From Reclinomonas americana ATCC 50394 (lineage: Eukaryota), in NCBI GenBank assembly GCA_048213135.1, contig PS015512.1, positions 18,043 through 67,204 of the forward strand: a stretch of DNA of 49,162 bases, given 5' to 3'. Of the stretch, positions 36,005-48,711 are shown one piece after another (positions within the stretch are counted from its first letter, which is position 1; each line of letters starts with the position of its first letter). The notes beneath the pieces are model-generated. The model saw only the letters and a program-made list of their open reading frames with translations. It made no database searches and had not been told where the DNA came from. The translations under genes and the position numbers were made by a program.

Positions 36005-36468
36005 GTTTCTTCCTTCTTTTTCTTGTGTGTTCTCTTCACTCACTCAACTCTCACTCAACTATGCGCAAAATGCAACGTGCAAAAAGGAGCGCAGCGGTCA
36101 ACATGAGCAAGCGCGGGGGTGTTTATTGAAAAAACCGCCAAATTGGAGCATTTCCGGCAGAGATTGACAGGATTCGCGCGCGCTCACTCACACTCTCTCT
36201 TTCTCACATGTACGCTTCTCTTTCTCATTATGCGTGTGTGCGGTTGTGCGTTGCTGATCATGTGTCACGGTGAAACGATCGGAAGATCTCTCATGACACA
36301 CGTGTGACACACTCGCACAAGCGAATTGTATTCACTGTCTTCTCTCTGTCTCTCTGTCTCTCTGTCTCTCTCCTTGTGTGCGCATATAAGTGCACGTGCA
36401 CCTGTGTGTGAGTTACAGTCGCTCCTGCTCTCTTATCATGCACTATCTCTCTCTCTCGCACATACGCA

Positions 36469-36499
<31 letters not shown>

Positions 36500-36742
36500 G
36501 CACACACACTCTCATTCGCATGCTGCATTGCTTGAGACCACCTGTCATCCATGCATTGATCAATCACAATTTTCATGGACAACTTGTCCACGACAAAGAC
36601 CGATCGAATCGTCGCCAGTTGGTGGAGCGAAAGCACACACACACCCTCCGCCTTTCCCGCTATCAGCCCTTTACCTGCCTTTGTCGTCTTTCTCCCTCGA
36701 TCTTCTTCGTCTTCGTGAGCCATGCGTCGATCGTCCAGCCAC

Positions 36743-39700
36743 ATGGCTGTTCCTCCGAGTCCACTGTCAGCTGGTGGCGGTGGTGGTGGTGGCAGCACGC
36801 CCGGCGGTGGCAAGCGACCCAAGCGCAACATCACGTTTGGGCCCGATTCCCACACGCTGCTCTCGGCGGTGCGACTCAACTTGCGCAAGGTACGCTTCGC
36901 TGTCGGATTGGACATGGAGAGGAGCATCTTTTCTCTCTCTTTTTTGCGGGAGCCTCTCTTTGGCTGCCACTTCTCTCTCTGTTTGTGCGTGCGTGGGTGC
37001 TGTGGAGATCGATTCCCACGAGCGAGAAAAATGCTCACGATGCTCGTTGACTTCTCATGCACCCCGCACTGTGCCTTGTCGTCTTCGTCGTTCCTGCTGC
37101 CCCGCTCGCTCATGCAGCATGCTGTGGAGTGGCTTTCCTTTGTTTGTGCGTGCGTGTGTGTGTGTGTGCTGTTGCTTCGATGTCTGTGTTCCCCTTCGCG
37201 GGAATGATTCCCTCGTGTCGTCCACTGCACCATCGGCGGTCGCGGTGTTGTGTTTTTTTGCCTTTTCGGGGCCATCAGCTGGACGTGCGCATCTTTTTTC
37301 CTTGCATTCTTGGCTGATAAGTATCCGCAGACGGGGCGGCCGCATGCCTGGGACGATGTCGCCACGTACCTGTGCCTGTGCTTGGAGGGAGCGCGCGATG
37401 AAATCGGTGAGTGCGTGCAGGGTCCAGTTTGTGTGTGCGCTCACCACGTGGACAAGTGTGGGCGGCGGGGGGGAAACTTGGCGTCTATTCGTTTCACCGC
37501 ACCAGAGCAGGGTTGTGGGAAAGTGAGAGAGTGAGCGACTGTTTTGCGCGATAGAGGGGTTGAGTGGCAGAAGAACCTTTCGCCAGTCGGAGGAACTCTT
37601 GTTGATCACACACTCGCACACACATGGTTGCCGTTCGCGTCTGAGAGGAACGTCAACTGACCCCTGCGAGGATAGATTCGGGCCGGGCGCTGTGCTACCT
37701 CCGCTGCGTGGTCTTTCTATTTTTCTTTCGTGTGCTTTGTTCGTGGACATGGCAGAGAGAAACGCTTTGTCGGGAACCATAACTTGGCGTGTGCAAGAAT
37801 GTTTCGGGGAGAATGTGCTCTACGTCGTTTCCATTCTTCACCGCACTCTTGTTTCCCGTGTGGCGATCCGAGCGGTTGCTGACCTCCACGCTAAGGAGGA
37901 GGAGATTTAAGTGCGCAATTGTTTTTGCATGTTGTGCTGCTACCTTCTCGTGGCGCATCTCCTCTGTTCATTGCACACTACTATTGCCCGTACACTTCTG
38001 GTTGCTCTCCTCCTCGCATCGCATCGTCAGTTAGAAAATCGCGACAATTTTTCTCACTGGAATCCTTGGCGCCCGCAGAGTCGGAGATGCTGCAAAAGGC
38101 GCTTCCGCGAGCCTGGGAACGATACACACTTCGCGACGGTCGGCCGCTGTATCGGAACCGTGACACGGGACGGTGCCAGCTGGAGTGGCCGTCGCACGAA
38201 CACGAGGGGGACCTGTTTCAGGATATCTCGCCACTGGTGACCGACTCGATGAGGATTCCCGTGATCGAGGAACCGGGCTTTGTGATGCTTGGCTCGTCGA
38301 CCGTGGATGTGGGGTGAGTGGTGGCGAGGGGAAGAAGAGGGAGGGAGGGAGAAAGACACGAACATGTCACCGCCACACACTTCCAGCATGCAGTTCCTTC
38401 CTTCTTGTTCTGGTTATCACTCCCCGACTTCCCTCATCATCGTGTCGCGCTGAGCATGGTTCTCTGCTCCCTGATCTACCGCCACTCTCTTCCTTCCCCT
38501 TCATTGTGTGCCTGGAGTCATTCGTGCGACTTCATTGTGCGGAGGTGGAGATTCTCCTGGTTTCCTGTCACATTGTTTCTGTTTCCGCGTCGCATCTCAT
38601 GTGGAATGCTCCGTGATCTGCAGTCCCCATCGCCCGCTGGTCCGCAGCTCAACGCGCACCTCGCCACCAGCGAATCTCCAACTGCTGCCCGTATCGCCGT
38701 CGCCATCAATTGTGCCGGCCACCTTTGCCGACCGCGGTCTGATGCTCGACTGCGGCCCAATGTCGGCCAACGCAGCCGCGCAGATGGTGACTCGCGGACC
38801 TGAGTTGCCACCACCGATGGCGGGCGGTACGAGTCGCCGCCGACTGTCGTCGCGACTCGACGAGTGTGTTGTGGATTCGGACGAGGACTCGCGTCATGCG
38901 GCGGCGGCGGCAGCAGCCGCGGCCGCCGCAGCTGCCGGGATGCCGTCTCACCTGCAGGGAGGACTGCCCATGCACTTGACGCCGCTGCCGTCGCTACTGC
39001 CGGTGGCTGGCCATGGAGTCGACGTGCCGTTGCCGCAGCTGCCGAATGTTCCCACATTGACGCCGCTGCTGACAGCGCCACTCAACTTCCCGCTGCCGCC
39101 GCAGTTTGCGAGCATGCAGATGGGCGCCGGCGTGCAGCCACCTGCTGCACACCAGTCGGGCGACATGAACGCCTTGCATCTTGCCGCTGAGATGATCGAG
39201 TGGCAGGAGATCCGGAACGCACTGGCTGCCTATCCGGACATGACCGGTCGTTGCGTACCGACACTCATCGACGATTCGTCACAAACGCACACGCACTCAC
39301 TTGTTTCGTTTTATCCGCAGAAAAAGTCACGGACTCGATGCCCATCCGCACCCTCTTTCAGCAAGTGTGCTGGCAGCTCGGGTGCACCCCGTTCCAGGTC
39401 GATCGGTGCGCTCGCTGTGTGCGCATCCTCGAGACCGAAGTTGCGCTTTCGTTCTTCTTGCGGGGCGTGTGTGCTGAACTCCACTCACTCTCATCTTTCT
39501 ACTCCAGTTTGGTGTCTCGCGACTCGCCGACCTGCGCGGCAACCAGCTCGCCATGAGCCAGATTCCGCCCGACATGCAGCCGCTGCTCGCCCCGTACCTG
39601 GTCATGGCGTTTGTTGCCTCGTCACGCAACTCGACACCCAACACGTCGGGCGCATCGTCGCCCGCATCGCAGTCGCACCTGCAACAGCTGCAACAGCAGC

Positions 39701-40152
39701 AGCAGCAACACAGTCAACATCTCCCGCAGCAGCAGCAGCAGCAACAGGCGGTGTTGCCGTCGATTGTCGGCATGCGCGGTAACAGTGACGAGAGTCTCCA
39801 CGGACAGTCGCTGCCGTCCATGCGACTACATCCAGACGGCGTCAATGCAGCAGCAGCTGGTGGTGGTGGAAGCAGCAGCCCGGTGCGCACTCGACGCAGT
39901 GCGCGAAAGCGCCTCGTGACCGACATGGACCCGAACGACGACAGCAGCGGTGTCGCCAACCAGCCGCTGGCCACACCCATCCCAGCCGGAGCCAACTCGC
40001 TGCACAGCACAGCTGCCGCAGCGGCGGCTCTGGAGGGCATGCCACTGACAGGGACCAGCCCCGACGGCGACGAACACAGCAGCACGTCGAGCCCTTCCGA
40101 CACCAGTCGCGACTCGCCACTGCGGAAGCGCGAGCGGCGTACTGCTGTATAA
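36743..40152 (+). CDS. WW-domain-containing, Q/A-rich putative nuclear protein
   Basis: WW-like segment ALPRAWERYTLRDGRPLYRNRDTGRCQLEWP (about 38099-38191), basic NLS-like KRPKR and LRKRERR, and a poly-Q tract. Exon junctions between 37400 and 38030 are unresolved. Confidence 0.6.
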
Positions 40153-40324
40153 TGCGCCTACCGAGTAGATGTTGTTACAACAACAACAATAGCGAAACGA
40201 GCAGCACGGCGAACATGAGGAAATCGCGAGATAGTAGTGTCCTCCGCGTCCTCGCAGCGCTGCGTGTGTTGTGTTCTTTAGTGTACAGCGTTCCTCATAC
40301 ACACCTCACGAGTGACAGGAGAAG

Positions 40325-42725
40325 ATGGCAGCAAAGGCGGCGGGAGAAAGCCGCGATGAGGCGGCCTTTCTGCGGCGACTGACTGCCTTTGAGACATCAC
40401 TCACCGCCAATGCGAAAGTAGTCGATGACACGGTAGGCACACACACACACACACACAAGAAGAGAGAAAGAGAGAGAGAGAGAGAGGCGCATGGAGAGAG
40501 ACAACTGATGCGACACAAAAGATCTCACACACACGCGCGCTGTGTGATAATTCATTGCAGATTACTCTGTTGGGATCGCTGGAGAGCAAGCTGAGCACGT
40601 TGGAGACGCGACTGCAGCCGTTGCACGATGCGATGAATGAGACCTCGTTGATCTATGACAACATTGATGGCGCCATTGCGGAAATCGAAAAGACACTGAC
40701 ACAGTTTGAGGAGGCGGCGATGTTGGAGAGCGAGGCCAATCGCGGGTCTGTGTTGCACGCTGTTGCTGCGATGCTTGTGTGTCGTTTGTGTTCACTCTCC
40801 GCAGCATTCAACCGGATGGCCTGTTGGACTACTTGGAGCTGGTCGATCGTATCGATGACATGCTGGCGTTCTTTAGTGATTATGCGTCGTTCCGCAGCTC
40901 GGATCGCGTGCTGGACGCCTTGGTTTGTTGCCCGCCTTCTCTGAGTGCACACTGCCACGCTTCTCGCAACCTCACTGCGTGTGCGTGTGTGTGCGCGCGC
41001 GCCNNNNNNNNNNNNNNNNNNNNNNNNNNNNNNNNNNNNNNNNNNNNNNNNNNNNNNNNNNNNNNNNNNNNNNNNNNNNNNNNNNNNNNNNNNNNNNNNN
41101 NNNNNNNNNNNNNNNNNNNNNNNNNNNNNNNNNNNNNNNNNNNNNNNNNNNNNNNNNNNNNNNNNNNNNNNNNNNNNNNNNNNNNNNNNNNNNNNNNNNN
41201 NNNNNNNNNNNNNNNNNNNNNNNNNNNNNNNNNNNNNNNNNNNNNNNNNNNNNNNNNNNNNNNNNNNNNNNNNNNNNNNNNNNNNNNNNNNNNNNNNNNN
41301 NNNNNNNNNNNNNNNNNNNNNNNNNNNNNNNNNNNNNNNNNNNNNNNNNNNNNNNNNNNNNNNNNNNNNNNNNNNNNNNNNNNNNNNNNNNNNNNNNNNN
41401 NNNNNNNNNNNNNNNNNNNNNNNNNNNNNNNNNNNNNNNNNNNNNNNNNNNNNNNNNNNNNNNNNNNNNNNNNNNNNNNNNNNNNNNNNNNNNNNNNNNN
41501 NNNNNNNNNNNNNNNNNNNNNNNNNNNNNNNNNNNNNNNNNNNNNNNNNNNNNNNNNNNNNNNNNNNNNNNNNNNNNNNNNNNNNNNNNNNNNNNNNNNN
41601 NNNNNNNNNNNNNNNNNNNNNNNNNNNNNNNNNNNNNNNNNNNNNNNNNNNNNNNNNNNNNNNNNNNNNNNNNNNNNNNNNNNNNNNNNNNNNNNNNNNN
41701 NNNNNNNNNNNNNNNNNNNNNNNNNNNNNNNNNNNNNNNNNNACGTCACATGAAAGTCGCTGGCTTGTGTGTGGCATATCTAACACATGTGCGCGCGCTC
41801 AGGTCACACAATTCCTGCGCCGTCTGTTCGACTACTACGAGATCGTGTCGGTGTTGTTGCACGACGATCCGTCGCGACCAAATCCCGCCATGCCCGACAA
41901 CATTAGCGATTTTGCAGGTGAGCTCACTGACCGGGGATGTGATGCGTGAGACATGCTATCCTCACTTTTTCCGCCTGCGATAGGGAGCCTGCTGCGGAGT
42001 TTGGAGGACGCCATTACGCAGCGCGCCAACGGCTACAAGGACGCGCCGCATCGCGTCATTTTCATCCTCAACAATCTCGAGTTTGTGCTGCGCGAGATCC
42101 ACATCGACGATCACATCTTCGAGACGGTGCCGCTGACGGTGACGGATGGCCTTGAAGACCGCGTCGAGACACTGAAGAACGAGTTCCTCGAAAAGTCGTT
42201 GCGTGCACCACGCTTGTCGTCGTCATAAGCTGTGTCGTTTCAACTCACGACGGCTGGAGCGCAGGTGGAAAAAGGTGGTCGATCACCTGGAGCGCTCCGA
42301 CAAGCTGCTGGATGTGGCGCCGACGTCACAGAAGCTGTCGTCGACTGTCGTCAAGGAGCTCAAGAGCAGCTTTGGGGTGCGTTGACTTTTCATTGCATGT
42401 TTGTTTCTCTTCCTCAAGGAGCGAGCAGGGTTTCGTGGACTCATTCGAGGAGGCCATTGCACTGCAACGCACCATCTCCATCCCACACCCGCCTCTACGC
42501 GCCGAGATCCGCGAACGCGCCGTTCGGTGGGTGGCCTCGACCTACCACGAATTCCACGAGTCGTACTCCCGCCTCCCGTTCTCCTCCAACAATCGCGCCA
42601 AGTACCTGCGCTACTCACCAGAGGAGGTGGAGGAAACGATGGCCAAGCTGTACGAGTACTTTAGCAGCCGCCCAAGACGAGCGCCCGACGCTGCCCCGCG
42701 CGATCGACGAACCACATTTGCATAA
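40325..42725 (+). CDS. EXO70: Exocyst subunit Exo70; contains an N-gap
   Basis: LGSLESKLSTLETRLQP...YDNIDGAI, IFILNNLEFVL, VKELKSSFGGFVDSFEE, ISIPHPPLRAEIR and FSSNNRAKYLRYSPEEVEETMAKLY are Exo70 signatures. Confidence 0.92.
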
Positions 42726-42733
42726 AAACAATC

Positions 42734-45691
42734 ATGTGTGCCGTGGTCGTCCGCACTCACAGCGCATCGTCGCGCAACGGTTCCGTGGTGGCCACTGAGG
42801 TACACACCACTCTCATCTTCTTCTCTCACACACGCACACAATCACTGATGACTTGGTCGCCAGTGGTGTCCACTGCGCGGTGTGTTGGCCATTGCCTGGT
42901 CGGGTGACACATCAACAGCAGCAACAGCAGGAGCAGGAGAGAGCAGTGGCGCATGTGTGCAACTTGTGCGCTTGCTGGACGGTCGTGTGCTGCACACAGT
43001 CACGCGAGAGCAAGCAGTGCGACCGTGCGCGTTGGCCTGGGCTCCCAACAGTTTCGCGCGCAAAAAAAGAATGCACACAAGACCTTTGCTGCTTCCTCAC
43101 TCACTGTGTGTCCAGGCGATCATGTGGCTGTTGTGTGGAGCGACTCGTCCTTTGCGTTGTATCGACTGGAGGATGGTCTGTGTGTGCAACTGATCAAGGA
43201 CGCAGTGCAGGTGTGGCATGCGATCATTTGCTCTCAGTCAATCGCTCTGTGATTGATCCTCCCTCTCTGTCTCCCAAGCCTCCACTGGCGATGAGTCACG
43301 GGCAGAGTGCGGTCATGGCATGGCTGTGTGTCTCACAGCGCAGTGCCGAGGAGACGATCGCCGATCATTTGCGCTTCACCAGTCTCGATCGTCACTTCCG
43401 CACGGTCTCGTGGACTGCGGGCAGGTCTTGTGTCACGCGACCCCCTTGTCTGCTGGCACTTGCGTTGACGCAGCTCTTGCGTGTATGTGTGTGTATGTGT
43501 TCCTCGTGCGCAGTGTGGTCGGGGAGAGCGTGTGGAAGCAGGAGACGCTGCGGTCTGTGCCTCTCGACGCACCACTGTCGCTGTCGGTCGTCGCCTCACC
43601 TCATGCGCCACTGCTCAACATTCGGTGCGTCTCGTCGTTGTTGGCCACGCACCGCGCTCCCTCTCGCGGCGTGCACTCACGCTGTGTCAGGCTGCATGGT
43701 ATCTTGGCTGTTGATCCGCTGAACATGGCGCCGTGGTTGGGTGTCGACGGCCGCGTGCGTGGCGTGTCACTGGCGAAGGATGCGAGCAGTTTGTTTGTCG
43801 CCGGCTCCACCTCTGGAGGCGACCTCTCCATCATTCGCATACCGCTGAACAAGGTCCGTTTCTGCCAGAGTAGACTCAGCGGCAGTGTGAGCAGCTCGTT
43901 GACGCGTGTGCGCACAACAGTTGCACCAGGCAGTTGCCAAGGTCGGTTTCGCAGCGTGGGTCTTTAGGGAACTCGAGCAGCGCATGCTGCATGCGGTGGA
44001 GAGTGCTGCGCGTGCCGCATCCGTCTACACCGAGTGGATCTCGGTGCATTTGCAACCGCATCTGGTGGCCCTCGCCCGCTCGCTCGGAGAAGACGGGCAG
44101 GCGTCGGACGAGAAGAGCATGCGAAGAGCGCTGTTGAGTTGTCTGTACACGGATCAAGTGGACGGTGCTCTTCTGCACTTTTTCGGCCGTGCATCCATGG
44201 GGCCGGTGCGTAAGTGTGCTTGTCCGAGTGCCTGTGGTTCGCCAAAAATTGACGCGGCAGGGTCTGGTGCGAGCTGAAAAACAACTCGAATCCACCATTC
44301 AGCAAATCGAACGCATGCTGGTGGTGCACGTGGGGCCGGCGTTGCAGTCATCGCACGCGCTGCTCAGCGACTGGTCGGCCGCCCTGCGCTCGGAGGAATA
44401 CTTTGCGCGCGGAGTCATACGCGCTGACGATGCGCACGAGAGCGAGGCGCGCCGGTCACAGCTGGTGCACCTGTGCACCGAGTCGCTGGCGGGCTGCGAA
44501 CGAGCAGCGTCGCTGGCACAGAGTGCGTTGCTGGTGACGCACAGCATTCATCACCAGCTGCGCAATCTGGTGGTGTGGCTACGCCGAGGTGTGTCATTTC
44601 GTAGGTCTCGCCATTTCGACCATCGGTGGCTGAATTGTTTCCTCCTCCTCTCAGTGAACGCCACAAGCACGTCGCAGACGCTGAATGAGCGGTTCCCGCA
44701 CCACCATGCGCCGGCGATCATGGAGCTGCTGCGGCACACTGGTTTCGGCACAGACCTCACGCACCCGTTCCAGAGTCTTGTGGGTGAGCAGGCTGCCTGT
44801 CTCTGTGGTTCCTGCTGCGCTTGCATGCACACGCACTCACTCACCTTGCCACATCCACCAGACGCCACCAAAGCGCTCTCGCAGGCGTGCGCACACACAT
44901 GGACGCTGGCGAGCACCAACATCACTTGCCTGCTCGATACAGTGGTGGAGGACGTACGATTGGTAGGCACAGGTGCCGTGGATCAGAGTCGACTTCACTT
45001 TGGCGCCGAAGGCCGCCTGACGCTCGTGGTATCAAGTTGCGTGTGATGTTGTCTCTGTCGGCCGATGCCGTCTGTGCAGCTGCTCACTTTCCGCTCGCCA
45101 GAGGGCGTATGGCTGTGCAAACCGGGTGACGACGAGGAGGACGACGAACAGGAGGAGGAGGAGGAGGATGAGGAAGGAGACAATGCGGAGGAGATGAGGA
45201 GAAAAACGTGGCGCATGGCCTTTGTGCGCAGCGATGACGAGGATGGCGGCGCCGTGTTTGCCGTCAATGTGCACGACGCCGATCGCGTCAATGTGCTGCG
45301 CGGTGTTGCGGGCGATGACGATGCGCAGCAACAACAACAACGTTATGAGCTATGGGATGTGAGCGAGATCGAGTGGATGTCGACGCCGCGTCGTGGTGCT
45401 GTGACGACTGTGTCACTGGAGAGTGGCACCGTGAATACACCGAGCGTGCTGCGACACCGAGCACTGCCAAAGGACAGCGGTGAGCGCAAGGCTTCCACGC
45501 CGGCACTGTTGGCCTCCAATGCCTCCCGCGGTCTGTGTGCAGTCGTGTGGGCCGGCACCGCCAACTGTGACATGATTGACGTGGACGAGGAGCCTGAGGA
45601 GGCCGACGGTGATGCAGAAGACGAGGACGGTGGCGAGGGTGGTGACAATGACGACGATGGTGACGACGGGGGCGATGAGGATGAGGAATGA
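42734..45691 (+). CDS. ANAPC4: Anaphase-promoting complex subunit 4 (divergent)
   Basis: After intron 42800-42863: TEWCPLRGVLAIAW, ALAWAPNSDHVAVVWSDSSFALYRLEDG (APC4 WD40). A helical region follows (LVVHVGPALQ, LRNLVVWL), then LASNASRGLCAVV and an acidic tail. Confidence 0.75.
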
Positions 45692-45909
45692 AAATAATGA
45701 AGGGTGTGGATGCACCGTATAGTCTGCCAACAGATGTTAAAAAAAGAGTACATACAGGATTGTACAGCAAGAGTGTTGTCGATCTCGACGGCAACAACAA
45801 CAACAACACCATAATGATACTGATATCTGTTGTGCCATCGGAACCGCGCCCACCGGCGTTTCGCACCACACGCGTGACATTTTTTCTCGTCGTCCGCACG
45901 GACAACAAC

Positions 45910-47731
45910 TCACGAACCCGAGGGTGCGCCACCAAAGCCGGGCGCGGCGGCCGCCGATCCGAGACTGACGTAGTCGTCGCCCAGGATAAACGATGACAAG
46001 CCAGTGATTTCTCCGCTGATCACGGACTGCACAAGGAGTCGCGCACTCGGCTGGTCGTCGTCATCGTCGTCGAAATCATCGTCCTCGTCCTCCAACGGCC
46101 ACAGAGCCAGCTGCTTGATTGGATTTTCGCCACTTGCCGGCGCCGGAGCATCGGCGCCCAGCGATGACTCCTCAAAGATGGTGACACTGGCAATGTAGCC
46201 GTTCTTCATCACCTCGAAGATCACGTTGCGGTAGCCATAAAAGTAAGTGCCGCCAAACGGATTGTTGGTGAGCGTGCTGATGTTCAGCAGCGGTCTGTGG
46301 GAGGGAGGGAGAGGGGAGAGGGGAGAGGGGAGAGGGAGAGGGAGAGAGGGGGAGAGAGAGAGAGTCAGCGCGCACGCGCAGCCACCATCACAACAACACA
46401 GTGGCTCGGACGCACCGTTCCGCCTTGCCAATGACAGTCTCGATCTCCGACCACTTGGTCTGCGGCGTGGCGGTGACTTCGGGGGAGAGGCGAATACGGA
46501 AGTTGCATATTGTGTACAGGTTGAAGTCGACGTTGCCGGGCAAGTTCGTGTGCAGCACGAGCTTCTTCAGGTGGTGAGTGCGTCCGTCGAACAGCACATC
46601 CAAACCACAGTCGTAGTAGTTGAAAAAATAGTCGGCCGAGTCCTTGCCGGAGTCGCTGGACGAGTGGATCACGAGATTGTCCTTGGGCCGGGTGAACACC
46701 TGCTCCGGCGGACCGAGATCCGACAGCACATCCTGCACGTGCGTGCCAAACAGCAGGCGCGCGTTGCGCTTGGTCATGGTCACACCCTTGTCCAGCGCCA
46801 CCACCATCTCTTCGTAGTACGTGGAGGTGTAGGGAAGCGGCGGTAGCGTCGGAACAGCAGGATCGTCGCCCCGATATACCTGTCCGAAGGCGGTAAGCGA
46901 TCTATATAAAGAATCGCCCGAGACAGAGGGAAACACGAAATAGATGGCCACCTTGATGGAGGCACACACGGGCGTGGTGCCGTCGGGGAACTCCAGCGGA
47001 AAGTCCTCTGTTTCGCGACATAATGACTGGTACTGCGGCGGAATCGGAAACAGGAAGCAAATGCCCTGTGTGGAGAGGAGAACACGTGTCAATCACCGCC
47101 GGCGGCACACACGATCCCCGAGGCACACATGCTTTCACGCACTCTGTAGTTCAGCGTGTAGTTTCCCTCGTCGTCGTAGGTGCCGGGGTACGTCGGCCCA
47201 AAGAGATGATTGATGGCCACAAATGTCGGTGTCTTTCCATGCCCGGAGAAAGGAGTGTGCGCGTACGACAAGGAGGTGGTTGCCGCGTCGCGAATCTCGG
47301 CACTGTCATACGCACACAAGCCAGCGAGTCAGAAGGGACGCTCTGCCTCACATGAGAGAGAACTCGAGAGAGGCTGAACCTCTTCAGTCGTTGAGAGACG
47401 CGGTCGAATCGCAACACAATGTGTTCCCTGACCAACACGAGAATCCAGTCGCGACTCAGCGGATCCTGCTCGAGGGTAGTGTGAGTGGAAGAGAAGAGAG
47501 AGAAAGAAGAGAGAAAGAAGAGAATGAGAGTCACCTGACTGTCGTACAAAAAGTCGACGTGTCGCACCAAGCGAATGTTCTTCTGGAGCACATCAATGGC
47601 CGCCTTGATCGGCATGCCTGTGAGCATCGAAACAGAGGGAGATGAGTGGAGGGACGGACCAAAAGCAGGTCTCACAAACTCGAGATCAATCATCACACAG
47701 ACACGAAGATGTCAGACGCCTAACTCTGAAA

Positions 47732-47762
<31 letters not shown>

Positions 47763-47942
47763 GGAGAGAACCGCAAAGCGCGCATGTATGTGTGTGTGTG
47801 TGTGAAAGACACAGAGAGAGGAGTGCTCATGCTCTGTGTCTGTGTTTGTGAAAGCGAGTCGCACTTCCTCGCATACACACACACACACACCGATCGAGAA
47901 GGGCCCAACTGAGACTCCAGGCACCACCTCCAGTGGGAACAT
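45910..47942 (-). CDS. PHAF1: PHAF1 / C16orf70 (UPF0183) family protein
   Basis: LEVVPGVSVGPFSIGMPI, LRFDRVSQRLK, FGPTYPG, LEFPDGTTPV, DYFFNYYDCGLDVLFD, KKLVLHTNLPGNVDFNLY and NPFGGTYFYGYRNVIFEVMKNGYIASVT. Confidence 0.93.
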
Positions 47943-48711
47943 CTTTCGACAGAGTGCGAGTGTGCGCGTCAACTCACGCGCGCGCGGTGGTTTAGTTGTT
48001 GTTTGTTGTCGTCCCACGACACCAACGTTCTCCCAAACTGAACACACACACACAGAGAGAGAGAGAAAGAGAGAAAGTGCGAGTGAGAGGCAGAGTGAGG
48101 CAGCGCCCGTTGTGGTGGAGGGAAAGACGAACCACACCACTGTCTCTCGCCCACAAACAAAAAAGAAAACGGACATGTTTTTTCGCGCCTTTTTTCACAC
48201 AAACAGGCTGCCAAGTGCGGGAAGCAGGTGGATTCGACGGGAAACAGTGCTCACTTGGTGTCCAAGGTCGTGAGTTGAGAAGCTGTCGGTGCCGAGGCAG
48301 GCGGAGGCCAAACCACGCAGCCTAGAAACTGATATCGATCTGCTTCGAATTCCCCGCGCCGCATGCGTGGCTGTTTCCGGGAAGAAGGGCTTTTGCAACT
48401 CGACACGCAGCAGGGATCGCAGCAGGAGCTCTTCCGCGAGAAGAATCGTTGTCAACGTCGTCGACGTCGCGATCGACGTCGACGTCGAATCGGATTCGAA
48501 CACAGGCCGGGCGACATCGACTGCGCCTGCGTGCTGCACTGGTCAATGAATACGTCAAGCAAGGCTTTGCTGATATTGCGGCACAACGGCACAACGGCAG
48601 GGGCAGTCGCAGCTGAAATGAGACCAATGCATGCTCGCTTGGCGCCGTTTGTTCGAGGCACGCGTGTTCATCCATTTTGCGAGAGAAGAGTGTGACTTGT
48701 CACGGCTTCGA

